From the NCBI GenBank assembly GCA_963725665.1, contig CAVRZA010000006.1:352001-416000 (forward strand): 64,000 bases of DNA, given 5' to 3'. A model generated the notes under the pieces. The model saw only the letters and a program-made list of their open reading frames with translations, was not told where the DNA came from and did not search any database. Of this stretch, positions 21,346-30,906 are shown in pieces. The position numbers and the translations under genes are program-made. This DNA comes from an uncultured Actinomycetes bacterium. GTDB lineage: Bacteria > Actinomycetota > Thermoleophilia > UBA2241. The number at the start of each line of letters is the position of its first letter. Within the stretch, counting starts at the first letter, position 1.

Positions 21346-21751
21346 CCTTCTTACGTCTGGACCGCGAGCGGTCGCGCCCGCGGCGGCCGGGGCGGGAGGC
21401 AACCGACATCGCGATGGGGTCCGGCGCCGGCCGAACCGTGACGGCATTGTTCCACACGGCGAAACGGCCGCGCAAGCGCGCGCACCCGCCGCCGTCAAAG
21501 AAGACACCTGCTCAGAGGCGATTCTCCCCCGCTCACGCGGCCCTGAATCGCCTCGCCCGCGCGGTGGCGTACAGCCGCCTCGCCAGCACGACGGACAGCG
21601 GCTTTGGGGAGAGCCCTCTATCCTCGTGCGTCGGCCTCACTCTCCTTGACAGGGTCGAAGCGCTCTGGTCTGCTCCACGGCAGCGCCGCAAGGTAGGCGG
21701 TGCCGTCGCGACAGCGCTCACGGATGGTCGACCTTCGCAAGGGGTGACGAA

Positions 21752-22450
21752 ATGACGAGGTACGAGGCGACCTACCCCAGGCACACGTGGGCGATCGCGA
21801 GCGAGGACAGAGACGGCTTCAAGAGGGATATGCACGAGATCTGCGCCGGGGCTGTCGCCAAGGGTGCGGACTTCGCCGATCTGATCGAGGCCCGCCACGT
21901 GGCGGTCGATGAGCGCGTCACACTGAAGTGCAGGATACCGCCCTGCGAGTGCTACGGGCAGTGCCTCATGGACCCGCCCTACTCCCCCACGGCCGAGGAG
22001 ACGGCCAAGGTGGTCGCCAAGTACAAGTACGGCATCCTCACCGAGGTCTCGACGGCGCTGAGCGACGAGTACTGGGAGCTCATCCAGGGCGATCAGCCTC
22101 TGTGTCGCCTGCAGTACGACGAGCGCGGTATCGAGTTCGATCGCACGGTGCAGCGGCCGCTCTGGTTCAGGCTGCACAACATCGTCATGGAGATGGAGCG
22201 CAAGGCGCACAACCTGGGCTACTTCTTCGCCGTCGGCTACGTGGCCTCCACCTGCTACCTGTGCTACGACCCTGACGACCCGGTCAGCTACTGCGACACC
22301 ACCGGCCTCTGCAAGCGCCCCTACGAGGCGCGCCCCTCGATGGAGGCCGCCGGCATCGACGTCTTCAGCACCTACCACAACACCGGGCGCAGGCTGAAGA
22401 TGGGCTCCAAGGAGAAGTTCAGCTGGAGCGGCTTGGTGCTGGTCGTCTAG
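21752..22450 (+). CDS. DUF2284-like predicted metal-binding protein
   Basis: VDERVTLKC...C..YG.CL..PP, CYLC...C, RPSMEAAGIDVFST. Confidence 0.8.
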   Translation: MTRYEATYPRHTWAIASEDRDGFKRDMHEICAGAVAKGADFADLIEARHVAVDERVTLKCRIPPCECYGQCLMDPPYSPTAEETAKVVAKYKYGILTEVSTALSDEYWELIQGDQPLCRLQYDERGIEFDRTVQRPLWFRLHNIVMEMERKAHNLGYFFAVGYVASTCYLCYDPDDPVSYCDTTGLCKRPYEARPSMEAAGIDVFSTYHNTGRRLKMGSKEKFSWSGLVLVV

Positions 22451-22519
22451 GCGGCGCCGCGGCCGGCGCGTGAGAGGCCCGGCCGCGCGCCAGCCGCGCG
22501 CGGACCGCCGCACCGGCGT

Positions 22520-23977
22520 CTACACCTGCGCCAGCGCCTTGCGCACGAGCTCGTTGACGAGCTTCGGGTTGGCGCGCCCCTGCGTCGCCCTCATGACCTG
22601 GCCGACGAAGAAGCCGGCCACCTGCTCCTTGCCGGCCCTGAACTGCTCGACCTGCTTGGGGTTGTCGGCGATCACCTGCGCGACGACGCTCTCGATCTCT
22701 CCGACGTCCGAGACCTGGGCGAGCCCGTGCTTCACGACAACGACCGCAGGCTCGGCGCGTTCCTCGACCATCAGCCTGAAGACGTCCTTGGCTCCCGAGC
22801 TCGAGACGGTACCGTCGCCGATCAGGCCGACGAGCTGCGCCAGGCGTCCAGGGGTGACGTGGCCCTTGCCGACCTCGAGCCCGGCGGCGTTGAGGTGCCC
22901 CAGGTACTCGCCCATGGTCCAGTTCGCCAGCAGCTTCGTGTCGACGCCGCTCGCGGCGGCCTCCTCGTAGAAGCGCGCCAGGGCGCCCGAGCTGCCGAGG
23001 ACGAACGCGTCGTAGCGAGGCAGCCCGTAGTGGCCGATGAAGCGCTCGACGCGCGCCGCCGGCAGCTCGGGCTGGCTGGCGCGCAGCTCCTCGACCCAGG
23101 TTGAGTCGATCACGAGCGGCACCAGGTCGGGCTCGGGGAAGTAGCGGTAGTCGTGCGCCTCTTCCTTGGAGCGCAGCGGCGTGGTGGTCCCGGTCTCAGG
23201 GTCGAAATGCAGCGTCTCCTGGTCGATCGCGCCGCCCGCCTCGAGGATCTCGACCTGGCGCGGGAGCTCGGCCTCGAGGGCCTGCTGCAAGAAGCGGAAG
23301 CTGTTCATGTTCTTGAGCTCGGTGCGCGTGCCCAGCTCGGCGCTGCCCGCCGGCCGGACGCTGATGTTGGCGTCCCAGCGCACCTGGCCCTCCTCCATGT
23401 TGCACTCCGAGACGCCCAGCTCGACGATCAGGTTGCGCATCTGCTTGAGGAACTCCCCGGCTGCCTGGGGCGAGGGGATGTCGGGCTCGGTGACGATCTC
23501 GACGAGGGGCGTCCCGCCACGGTTGAAGTCGACCATCGAGTAGTCGCTGCCTGCGATACGCCCCGTCTCACCGCCCGCGTGCAGCAGCTTGGCCGCGTCC
23601 TCCTCGAGGTGCACGCGGTGGATGCGGCACGAGAGTGTCTCTTCGCCCAGCCAGTACTCGAACCTGCCGTTCACCGCGAGCGGCTCATCGTACTGCGAGA
23701 TCTGGTACGCCTTGGGAAGGTCGGGATAGAAGTAGTTCTTGCGGTGGAACACGTTGCGCGGCTGCACGGTGCAGTCGAGCGCCAGGGCGATGCGCGTGGC
23801 GTACTCGACGGCCCGCCGATTGACGACCGGCAGAGCGCCGGGATGTGCGAGACACACCGGGCATGTGTGCGTGTTCGGCGGCTCGCCCTTGGTCACCGCA
23901 CAGGCGCAGAACATCTTCGTCTGCGTGTCGAGCTCGACGTGCACCTCGAGTCCGATGACCGGTTCCCACGCAGTCAT
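22520..23977 (-). CDS. gatB: Asp/Glu-tRNA amidotransferase subunit B
   Basis: VIGLEVHVEL, RKNYFYPDLPKAYQISQ, RSKEEAHDYRYFPEPDL. Confidence 0.97.
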   Translation of the reverse strand: MTAWEPVIGLEVHVELDTQTKMFCACAVTKGEPPNTHTCPVCLAHPGALPVVNRRAVEYATRIALALDCTVQPRNVFHRKNYFYPDLPKAYQISQYDEPLAVNGRFEYWLGEETLSCRIHRVHLEEDAAKLLHAGGETGRIAGSDYSMVDFNRGGTPLVEIVTEPDIPSPQAAGEFLKQMRNLIVELGVSECNMEEGQVRWDANISVRPAGSAELGTRTELKNMNSFRFLQQALEAELPRQVEILEAGGAIDQETLHFDPETGTTTPLRSKEEAHDYRYFPEPDLVPLVIDSTWVEELRASQPELPAARVERFIGHYGLPRYDAFVLGSSGALARFYEEAAASGVDTKLLANWTMGEYLGHLNAAGLEVGKGHVTPGRLAQLVGLIGDGTVSSSGAKDVFRLMVEERAEPAVVVVKHGLAQVSDVGEIESVVAQVIADNPKQVEQFRAGKEQVAGFFVGQVMRATQGRANPKLVNELVRKALAQV

Positions 23978-23979
23978 CG

Positions 23980-25500
23980 CTAGCCCTTCGGGCGCAGGCG
24001 CCGGGGACCCGCCGGTGCGCGCGCGCCGTCGCTCGAGTCACGGAACGTGGGCAGTTCGGCGAACCCGATGGCCTGCTCGAGGGCGTGCGCCGCATCGAGG
24101 ATGAGGTTCTCCGAGAACGCCGGGCCGATGATCTGGAAGCCCACCGGGAGCCCCTCCGAAAGGCCGCAGGGGATCGAGATCGCCGGCAAGCCGGCGAGGT
24201 TCACCGGGAGGGTGCAGATGTCGCTCATGTACATCGAGAGCGGGTCGGCCGTGCGCGCGCCGATGCGGAAGGCGACAGTGGGCGAGGTCGGCGCCACGAT
24301 CAGGTCGAAACGCTCGAACGCCTGCGCGAAGTCGCGGCGGACGAGCGTGCGCACCTTCTGCGCCGTGCCGTAGTAGGCCTCGTAGTAGCCGGACGAGAGG
24401 GCGTAGGTGCCGATCATGATGCGCCGCTTCACCTCGGCGCCGAAGCCCTCGCCGCGCGTGTGCTCGTACATCTCGATGAGGTCGCCGGCCTGCGGCGAGC
24501 GATAGCCGTAGCGCACACCGTCGAAGCGCGCCAGGTTGGCGCTCGCCTCGGCCGGCGCGATGATGTAGTAGGCGGGTAGGCCGTACTCGGTGTGCGGCAG
24601 GCTCATCTCCTCGCAGGCTCCGCCGAGCTCCTCGATGAGCGCCACGGTCTCGTCGAAGCGCTCCCGCACGCCGGGTTCGACCCCGGCGGCCAGGTACTCG
24701 CGCGGCACGCCGAAGCGCAGACCGTCGAGGCGCGTGGCGGCCGGCAGCTCGATCTGCGTGGGCAGCTCGACGCTCGTCGAGTCACAGGGGTCGCGGCCGA
24801 CGATGTGCCGCAGCAGCAGCGCGCAGTCGTAGACGCTGCGCGTCAGGGGCCCGATCTGGTCGAGCGAGCTGGCGAAGGCGATCAGTCCGTAGCGCGACAC
24901 GGCGCCGTAGGTGGGCTTCATGCCGACGACGCCGCAGAGCGAGGCCGGCTGGCGGATCGACCCTCCGGTGTCGGAGCCGATGGCCCAGAGCGCCTCGCCG
25001 GCGGCGACGGCGGCGGCGGAGCCGCCCGAGGAGCCGCCGGGCACTGTCGCCAGGTCCCAGGGGTTGTGCGTGGCAAAGAAGCCGGAGTTCTCGGTCGAGG
25101 AGCCCATGGCGAACTCGTCGAGGTTCGTCTTGCCCAACGTCACCACGTGGTCGCCCCACAGCCTGCGCACGGCCGTCGCCGTGTAGATGGGCTGGTAGTT
25201 GGCGAGGATCCGGGAGGCCGCCGTCGTGACCACGCCCTCGGTCACCATGTTGTCCTTGATGGCCGTCGGCAGACCGGCGAGGGCGCCGCGGCCGGCGCCG
25301 GCCTCGCGGTCGATCTCAGTGGCGTAGCGCGCGGCGTTGTCGGCCGTCACGAGGATGAAAGCCCTGACCCTGTCTTCGACGCGCTCGATCTGGCCGAGGT
25401 ACACCTTCATCAGCTCGGCCGCCGAGACATCGCCCTCGACGAGCAGGCGCTTCGCTTCGCGGGCGGTCAGCCGCAGGGGATCGAGGTCGGGCATGCTCAC
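23980..25500 (-). CDS. gatA: Asp/Glu-tRNA amidotransferase subunit A
   Basis: [34 protein letters not shown]. Confidence 0.97.
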   Translation of the reverse strand: MSMPDLDPLRLTAREAKRLLVEGDVSAAELMKVYLGQIERVEDRVRAFILVTADNAARYATEIDREAGAGRGALAGLPTAIKDNMVTEGVVTTAASRILANYQPIYTATAVRRLWGDHVVTLGKTNLDEFAMGSSTENSGFFATHNPWDLATVPGGSSGGSAAAVAAGEALWAIGSDTGGSIRQPASLCGVVGMKPTYGAVSRYGLIAFASSLDQIGPLTRSVYDCALLLRHIVGRDPCDSTSVELPTQIELPAATRLDGLRFGVPREYLAAGVEPGVRERFDETVALIEELGGACEEMSLPHTEYGLPAYYIIAPAEASANLARFDGVRYGYRSPQAGDLIEMYEHTRGEGFGAEVKRRIMIGTYALSSGYYEAYYGTAQKVRTLVRRDFAQAFERFDLIVAPTSPTVAFRIGARTADPLSMYMSDICTLPVNLAGLPAISIPCGLSEGLPVGFQIIGPAFSENLILDAAHALEQAIGFAELPTFRDSSDGARAPAGPRRLRPKG

Positions 25501-25518
25501 GTCACCGCCTGCCGTCGT

Positions 25519-25800
25519 TTAGCCCATCTTGGGGACGCGGAAGCAATCGTCGCTCACCGCCGGGGCGTTCTTGAGCACCTCCGACGGCCGCCAGCTCGGC
25601 CGCGTCTTGTCGGCGCGGTACACATTGACGACCTCGAGCACGTGCGCCGTGGGCGCGACCTCGCCCAGCTCGAGCTCGCGCATCTTGTCGATGTGGTCGA
25701 GGATCTTGGCCAGCTCGCCGGTCATGCGCGCCACCTCGTCGGGCGACAGGTAGAGCCGCGCCAGGCGTGCGACGTGGCGCACGTCGTCTTCGCTGATCAT
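25519..25800 (-). CDS. gatC: Asp/Glu-tRNA amidotransferase subunit C
   Basis: VRHVARLARL...FRVPK; position before gatA. Confidence 0.95.
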   Translation of the reverse strand: MISEDDVRHVARLARLYLSPDEVARMTGELAKILDHIDKMRELELGEVAPTAHVLEVVNVYRADKTRPSWRPSEVLKNAPAVSDDCFRVPKMG

Positions 25801-25975
25801 GACGTTGCGATCCGCCTCCGTGTGCGGGCAAAACGGGCCGCTATCCTACCACAGCGCGACGCCCTCAGACCGAGGGGGTCGGCCCGCCTCGCCGGTGAGA
25901 AGCTGAGCGGTCGGCCGCGTTCGATGTGACGGCTGATAAGCGTGCACCGTCTTCTACCTACGCTGGCCGTCGCGC

Positions 25976-26013
25976 AACAAAACGGCCCCGGCACCATGCG
26001 GTGCCGGGGCCGT
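25976..26013 (-). terminator. Intrinsic terminator downstream of csp
   Basis: 14-bp perfect stem ACGGCCCCGGCACC/GGTGCCGGGGCCGT followed by a T-rich tail on the minus strand. Confidence 0.75.
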
Positions 26014-26038
26014 CGGCGTCGAGCTTCAGGCCTGCTGC

Positions 26039-26239
26039 CTAGACCGGCGTGACGTGCGAAGCCTGCAACCCCTTGTCGCTCTGGGCGATCTCGAACTCGA
26101 CCCGCTGACCCTGGGTCAGGGTCTTGTACCCGTCCATCGTGATCTCGGAGAAATGTACAAACAGATCCTCGCCGTCCTCCCTCTCGATGAAGCCATAGCC
26201 CTTTTCATTGCTGAACCACTTGACGGTCCCCTGCGCCAC
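26039..26239 (-). CDS. cspA: Cold-shock protein
   Basis: [21 protein letters not shown]; AGGAGG RBS. Confidence 0.95.
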   Translation of the reverse strand: MAQGTVKWFSNEKGYGFIEREDGEDLFVHFSEITMDGYKTLTQGQRVEFEIAQSDKGLQASHVTPV

Positions 26240-26313
26240 GCCTCGCCCCTCCTGCTTGATACACGGGCCACGAATGGCCCTGAGCGCACCTCACAGCGCT
26301 CATAGAGGAAACG

Positions 26314-26343
26314 ACAGTACACCAATCCCAGCGACCGTGTAAA
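26314..26343 (-). promoter_or_regulatory. Sigma70-type promoter for csp
   Basis: TTTACA-18-TACTGT, followed by a UTR of about 70 nt with two short hairpins. Confidence 0.55.
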
Positions 26344-26532
26344 TACAGGTAGTAGGAATTCGATGGGTGGAGGATGACCGTGGCTCGCGGTGTCTGTTTA
26401 TGCGCTCGTCATGCGCAGCCCGCTCAAGGCGAAGGTCGCGTATGCGTCGAAACGCATAGAGGTCGCCGGTGCGTCTGCGCGCCGGGCGTCTCACGACGGC
26501 GCGCGGAGTGAGCCGCAACGGCCGCTGACGAC

Positions 26533-26577
26533 GACGGGGGTGGCAAGCGCCCCTCAAGGGCGCCTGCCACCCCCGTC
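26533..26577. terminator. Long hairpin downstream of the NTase-like gene
   Basis: GACGGGGGTGGCA..CGCCC / GGGCG..TGCCACCCCCGTC inverted repeat. Confidence 0.6.
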
Positions 26578-26617
26578 ACTTTCTCTGGCGACGGCCGCTA
26601 CGGCCGCCGACGAGCGA

Positions 26618-27427
26618 TCACCAGTCGGAGAAGCCCTGGTTGTACCAGATCTTCTCGGTGCCCTTCTTGGCCCGCTTCTCCCAGCCCTTGGTCTTCGGCT
26701 CGGCCTCGATGCGCGCCAGGAACTGATCGGCCACCTGCTTGACCCTGGCCTTCTGCTCGTCGCTCACGGCGGCCACGTCGTCGACGTGGTCCTTCACGCG
26801 GCCCAGGTTCGTCGTCGCCGTGTACCAGAAACCCCAGTCGTCGGCGAAGCGCTTGGCGACGTAGCTCTGGTTGATCTTCTTGGCGTCGTCGTCGCCGACC
26901 TGCGCGGTGATGAACAGGTACTCGATGTCCTTGAGGTCCTTGTCGTTGATCTCCCAGATCTGCAGCTTCTGCAGGAGGATGTCGGCCAGGCTGACGCAGC
27001 AGTCGTCGTACTCGAGCCGACCGTCGTACTTGACCTCATGGCAGTAGTTGAGGCTGTCGAAGAACACATCGATCATCGGCACGGGGCCGGCGTAGTAGAT
27101 ATGCCGCGTCTTGCCCGAGACCATGATGGTCTGCAGGTCTACCTCGTAGCCCATGCGCTTCATGAAGTCCATCATCTGCTTGCGCTGCTTGCCGTAGGCG
27201 GCGTAGTCGATATCGGTGAAGTAGCGGTCGCCGAGGCGCTCCAGCCTCGCGTACAGGTCGACCTGCTCCGGGAAGTAGTAGTGCAGCGCCAGAGGGCCCA
27301 TGACCCTCATGATGAGGCCCTGCTTGCGTGCCTCGTCGACGATGCGCTTGCCCTCGGCCAGGAACACCTCGGGCTTCGGATACTCCTCGAGCGGGATGTC
27401 CTTCGGCAGGATGAACGGCTTCGCCAT
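26618..27427 (-). CDS. Uncharacterised nucleotidyltransferase-fold protein
   Basis: hG motif RVMGPLAL, DhD motif FTDIDY, third acidic MIDVFFD, C-terminal LQKLQI..NDKDLKD; strongly biased codon usage. Confidence 0.7.
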   Translation of the reverse strand: MAKPFILPKDIPLEEYPKPEVFLAEGKRIVDEARKQGLIMRVMGPLALHYYFPEQVDLYARLERLGDRYFTDIDYAAYGKQRKQMMDFMKRMGYEVDLQTIMVSGKTRHIYYAGPVPMIDVFFDSLNYCHEVKYDGRLEYDDCCVSLADILLQKLQIWEINDKDLKDIEYLFITAQVGDDDAKKINQSYVAKRFADDWGFWYTATTNLGRVKDHVDDVAAVSDEQKARVKQVADQFLARIEAEPKTKGWEKRAKKGTEKIWYNQGFSDW

Positions 27428-27496
27428 GCTATCTATCGCCCCCTTGTTGCCCGCGGGATCGGGCGGACGCCTCGCCTCTCTGAACGCCGGACGGCA

Positions 27497-28429
27497 TCAT
27501 CCGGAGGTGAAAACATAGTCCTTGACCTTCTTCTTGTCGAGCACGACGATGACGCCCTTCAGGATGCCCTCGGAGTATTCGCTGCCAGGGTTGATGATGA
27601 GCGTACGGCCGATCTTCTGCGCCCCGCGTGACTCGTGGATGTGCCCGTGCAGGCCGAGGAGCGGCTGGTGCTGCTCGATCATCCGCTTCGCGCCGAGGCT
27701 GCCGGCATGGATCTTCTCCTCCGCCGCCATGGTGAGGTTCTCGTCGAGCTTGGGGCAGAGATCGAGCGAGAAGCCGTGCGGCGGCACGTGAAAGTTGTAG
27801 ATCGCCTTCTCGTTGTCCTTGATGGGCGCGCATATCTCCTCGAGATGCGCGGCGAGCTTGTCCTCGCTCGTCTCGCGCGGCGTGTCCCAGGGTGTGGGGT
27901 TGCTCCACGAGCACGAGACCATCTCGTGACCGTCGATGTCGACGATGATGTTGTCGCAGGGCCTGATGAGCTTCATGCAGGAGATCATGTCGTCGACCTC
28001 CCAGTAGTCGTCGTTCCCCGGGCAGATGTACATCACGTGATTGGTGCCGGCGAGGCGCTCGTCGGCCAGATCGAGCCACTGCTGGATGCGCTGGTAGGCG
28101 AGGTGGTGGAACAGTTTGTCGATCTTGGCGGGGTCGGAGCGATAGTCATCGAACTCCTCGCGCGTCTGGTGCACCCAGTAGTAGCCGGCGTTCTCGACGA
28201 TCTTCTTGGTCTTCGCCAGCTCCTCCTCGGACTCGATGTCGAGATGGTTGCCCATCAGGGTGGTCTCCCAGCTCCCGCCCGGCTTCTCGACCAGCGGTAC
28301 GAGCACCTTGCCGAGCAGGTCGCCGTTGAGGATGGCCACGTCGATTCCGTAGATGGGCAGCGCGTTGAGGAACTTACGGAAGCAGACCATCGAGCCGTGG
28401 ATGTCGGTGACGTAGAAGAGCTTGATCAT
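27497..28429 (-). CDS. Calcineurin-like metallophosphoesterase (Icc-related)
   Basis: TDIHGS, NGDLLG, PGNDD, FHVPP, LHGHIHE motifs. Confidence 0.9.
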   Translation of the reverse strand: MIKLFYVTDIHGSMVCFRKFLNALPIYGIDVAILNGDLLGKVLVPLVEKPGGSWETTLMGNHLDIESEEELAKTKKIVENAGYYWVHQTREEFDDYRSDPAKIDKLFHHLAYQRIQQWLDLADERLAGTNHVMYICPGNDDYWEVDDMISCMKLIRPCDNIIVDIDGHEMVSCSWSNPTPWDTPRETSEDKLAAHLEEICAPIKDNEKAIYNFHVPPHGFSLDLCPKLDENLTMAAEEKIHAGSLGAKRMIEQHQPLLGLHGHIHESRGAQKIGRTLIINPGSEYSEGILKGVIVVLDKKKVKDYVFTSG

Positions 28430-28449
28430 GCACTCACTCCCTCGACGCG

Positions 28450-28487
28450 TGTGTGGGGCGGCGGCCAGAAGGCCGCCGCCCCACACA
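28450..28487. repeat. Perfect 17-bp intra-operon hairpin
   Basis: TGTGTGGGGCGGCGGCC-AGAA-GGCCGCCGCCCCACACA. Confidence 0.8.
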
Positions 28488-28525
28488 ATACCACCATCCA
28501 GCTATCAGGAAAGCGACTCAGTCGA

Positions 28526-30148
28526 TCACTCCGGCGGCAGCTCGCCGTAGGTGACCGAAACGTCGACACCCACGGACTTGCTGCGCTGTTTCCAGATGTA
28601 GTACCAGGCGACGCCCAGCACCCAGACGCCGACGAACAGGATGATGGAAGGCGTCGTAAACGTCGCCGTCGCCGCGTTGTTGACGATGAAGTAGTACAGC
28701 AGGATCACGAGGTAGACGAGGTCCACCAGCGCGCCCCAGACCACCACCGGCAGTCCGAGGAAGTTCCACTTGTTGTACGGCGAGGTGTCCCAGACGCCCT
28801 TGCAGCGTTTCATGTAGGGGAAGAGCAGGGCCGCGATGGCCGTCGGGATGAACACCGAGGTGATCTGCATGCCGGTCACGACGATGTTCTGCATCTGGTT
28901 GGTCAGCCACGCGTAGTAGACAACCAGCAGCGCCTCGCCGAGCACCAGGCAGAGGATGTGGTTCTTCACCGGTGAGGCGAAACGCGGGTTGATGTCCGTG
29001 AACCACTTCGGGCCCATGCGGTCCATGCCCCACGCGAAGAGGATGCGCGGGAAGGCGAGGTACGAGAGGGCCAGCCACCACAGGGTGAAGGCGACGTACG
29101 AAGCGCCCATCATGAAGGCGAGGAACTTCGTCCACGCACTGGCAGTGCCGATGCAGTAGACCGCAAGGTCGACGAAGTTGCTGCCGAGGGGCATCTTGAA
29201 GGCGTCGATGGGGCCGTTGTTGTCGTTCCAGGCCGAGGCGTTCATGAACGTGTAGCCGACGGTCTTCTGAAGCACGATCGCGATCCAGAACATGAACACG
29301 AACGGCACGAGGATCGAGAACAGATTGGCCCAGATGATGGTCTTGTCGGGGCGCTTCACCTCGCCGGCGATGAACGAGATCGAGTAGGCGTAGGCGAAGA
29401 GCCACGACATGGCGACCATCACGCCGAAGGTGGCGCCCCAGCTCCACGTCGTCGGCATGGCCTGGCCGGCCGCGTCGCCGACCTGCTTGATGAAATCCAC
29501 GTACTTCGGCGAACCGCTAGCGGCGGCCGCTGCGTCCCACTTGCCGATGAAGGTCGCCTTGGACGTGAACGTGAGGACGAGCCCGATGATCACACAGCCG
29601 CCGATGCCGAAGACCATGACGATCTTCTGCGTAAGGGCGAAGATCTTGATACCGAACACGACGAAGAGGAACCCGATGACGTTGAAGATGCTGGCGATGA
29701 AGAAGGTGACCCAACTGGAGCTGACCAGCCAGTCGGCCGCACCTGTCCACCCGAGGTACTGGAACGTGATCACCAGGCCCGGGTCGACGGCCAGCGGCGC
29801 CAATACGTACAGCCAGATGAGCCAGATCGCGGCGTCGCCGAAGCTCTGCGCGATGCCGAATACCGGGTGGATGACACGGGAGTTGTAGATGTACTCGCCG
29901 CCCGACCGCGGCATGCTGCCGCCCAGGATACCCCAGACAAGCGGGAAGCCGATGCCGGCCAGCACGGCCGAGATGATGGCGGCGATGATCAGGTTGCCGC
30001 CGAGGAACACGCCGAGCCCGAGGCTGATGGTCACCCAGATGCTGGGTGTGAGCCCCTGGTTCATGAAGCCTACGGCGAACGCGTCCATCATCGAGAGGCC
30101 GCGTACGAGTCCGCTGGCCTTGCGCGCGTAGGCAAACTCTTCAGGCAA
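28526..30148 (-). CDS. APC-superfamily amino acid/amine permease
   Basis: About 12 TM segments; RKASGLVRGLS, MPRSGGEYIY, AGEVKRP, RILFAWGMDR; TTG start after AAGGAAAGGGGG. Confidence 0.9.
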   Translation of the reverse strand: MPEEFAYARKASGLVRGLSMMDAFAVGFMNQGLTPSIWVTISLGLGVFLGGNLIIAAIISAVLAGIGFPLVWGILGGSMPRSGGEYIYNSRVIHPVFGIAQSFGDAAIWLIWLYVLAPLAVDPGLVITFQYLGWTGAADWLVSSSWVTFFIASIFNVIGFLFVVFGIKIFALTQKIVMVFGIGGCVIIGLVLTFTSKATFIGKWDAAAAASGSPKYVDFIKQVGDAAGQAMPTTWSWGATFGVMVAMSWLFAYAYSISFIAGEVKRPDKTIIWANLFSILVPFVFMFWIAIVLQKTVGYTFMNASAWNDNNGPIDAFKMPLGSNFVDLAVYCIGTASAWTKFLAFMMGASYVAFTLWWLALSYLAFPRILFAWGMDRMGPKWFTDINPRFASPVKNHILCLVLGEALLVVYYAWLTNQMQNIVVTGMQITSVFIPTAIAALLFPYMKRCKGVWDTSPYNKWNFLGLPVVVWGALVDLVYLVILLYYFIVNNAATATFTTPSIILFVGVWVLGVAWYYIWKQRSKSVGVDVSVTYGELPPE

Positions 30149-30216
30149 GTCAGTGCCCCCTTTCCTTGACGACGGCGCCACTGAGGCGCGACGACGTCAG
30201 AGACTCCCCGGACCAC

Positions 30217-30723
30217 TTACTCCATACCGCCTCCCTGCTTCGCGCCTTCCTTTGCGTCAAGACCAGCGGGAAGATTCCACTGGTAGACGTCCTTGAGCTT
30301 CCAGGGGACCATGACGGTACGCGTCCGCGTGACCCCCGGCACCTTGCCGATCACCTCGTCGACGAAGCGCAGCAGCTCCTCGTTGCTGTGCGCGTAGATC
30401 TGGATGCTCAAGTCGCCGTCGCCCACGGAACCGGCGACGTAGCTCACGTTCTCGAACTTCACGAGCTTCTCGGCCACCTCGCGGAGTTGTCCCGGGGCGA
30501 CCTCGAGCATGACATCGCCGATCACCGCATAGCCCAGAGCCTGCGGTTGCACAACCGCGCTCACCAGGATCACGCCGCTGCGCACGAGACGGTCGATCCT
30601 GTAGCGCACCGACCGCTCGGAGAGGTGCCCGATGCGGCGCGTGATCTCCGCTGAGGACATACGCCCGTCTCGCAGCAGCAGGGCAACGATCTGGCGATCG
30701 ATCTCATCCAGGCGCAGCGCCAC
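30217..30723 (-). CDS. Lrp/AsnC-family transcriptional regulator
   Basis: LDEIDRQIVALLLRDGRMS...VRYRIDRL HTH; C-terminal RAM domain. Confidence 0.92.
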   Translation of the reverse strand: MALRLDEIDRQIVALLLRDGRMSSAEITRRIGHLSERSVRYRIDRLVRSGVILVSAVVQPQALGYAVIGDVMLEVAPGQLREVAEKLVKFENVSYVAGSVGDGDLSIQIYAHSNEELLRFVDEVIGKVPGVTRTRTVMVPWKLKDVYQWNLPAGLDAKEGAKQGGGME

Positions 30724-30752
30724 CGTCCCCCCTTGAACAGCCGTTCTGGCGA

Positions 30753-30781
30753 ATCACACATCCGTAGTCCGAAACTGTCAA
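30753..30781 (-). promoter_or_regulatory. Promoter of the lrp-permease-phosphoesterase-NTase operon
   Basis: TTGACA-17-TGTGAT on the minus strand. Confidence 0.55.
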
Positions 30782-30906
30782 GGGAAAGCGGATTCCGTGT
30801 TGGATTCGGCAGGAACGAGCGACGCGACGGCGCTAGCCCCTGCGCCTGGCATCAGTGTGCGAGCACGAGAGCCCTCGTGGGCGCCAGCACGTGCCCGAAG
30901 ACAGCT

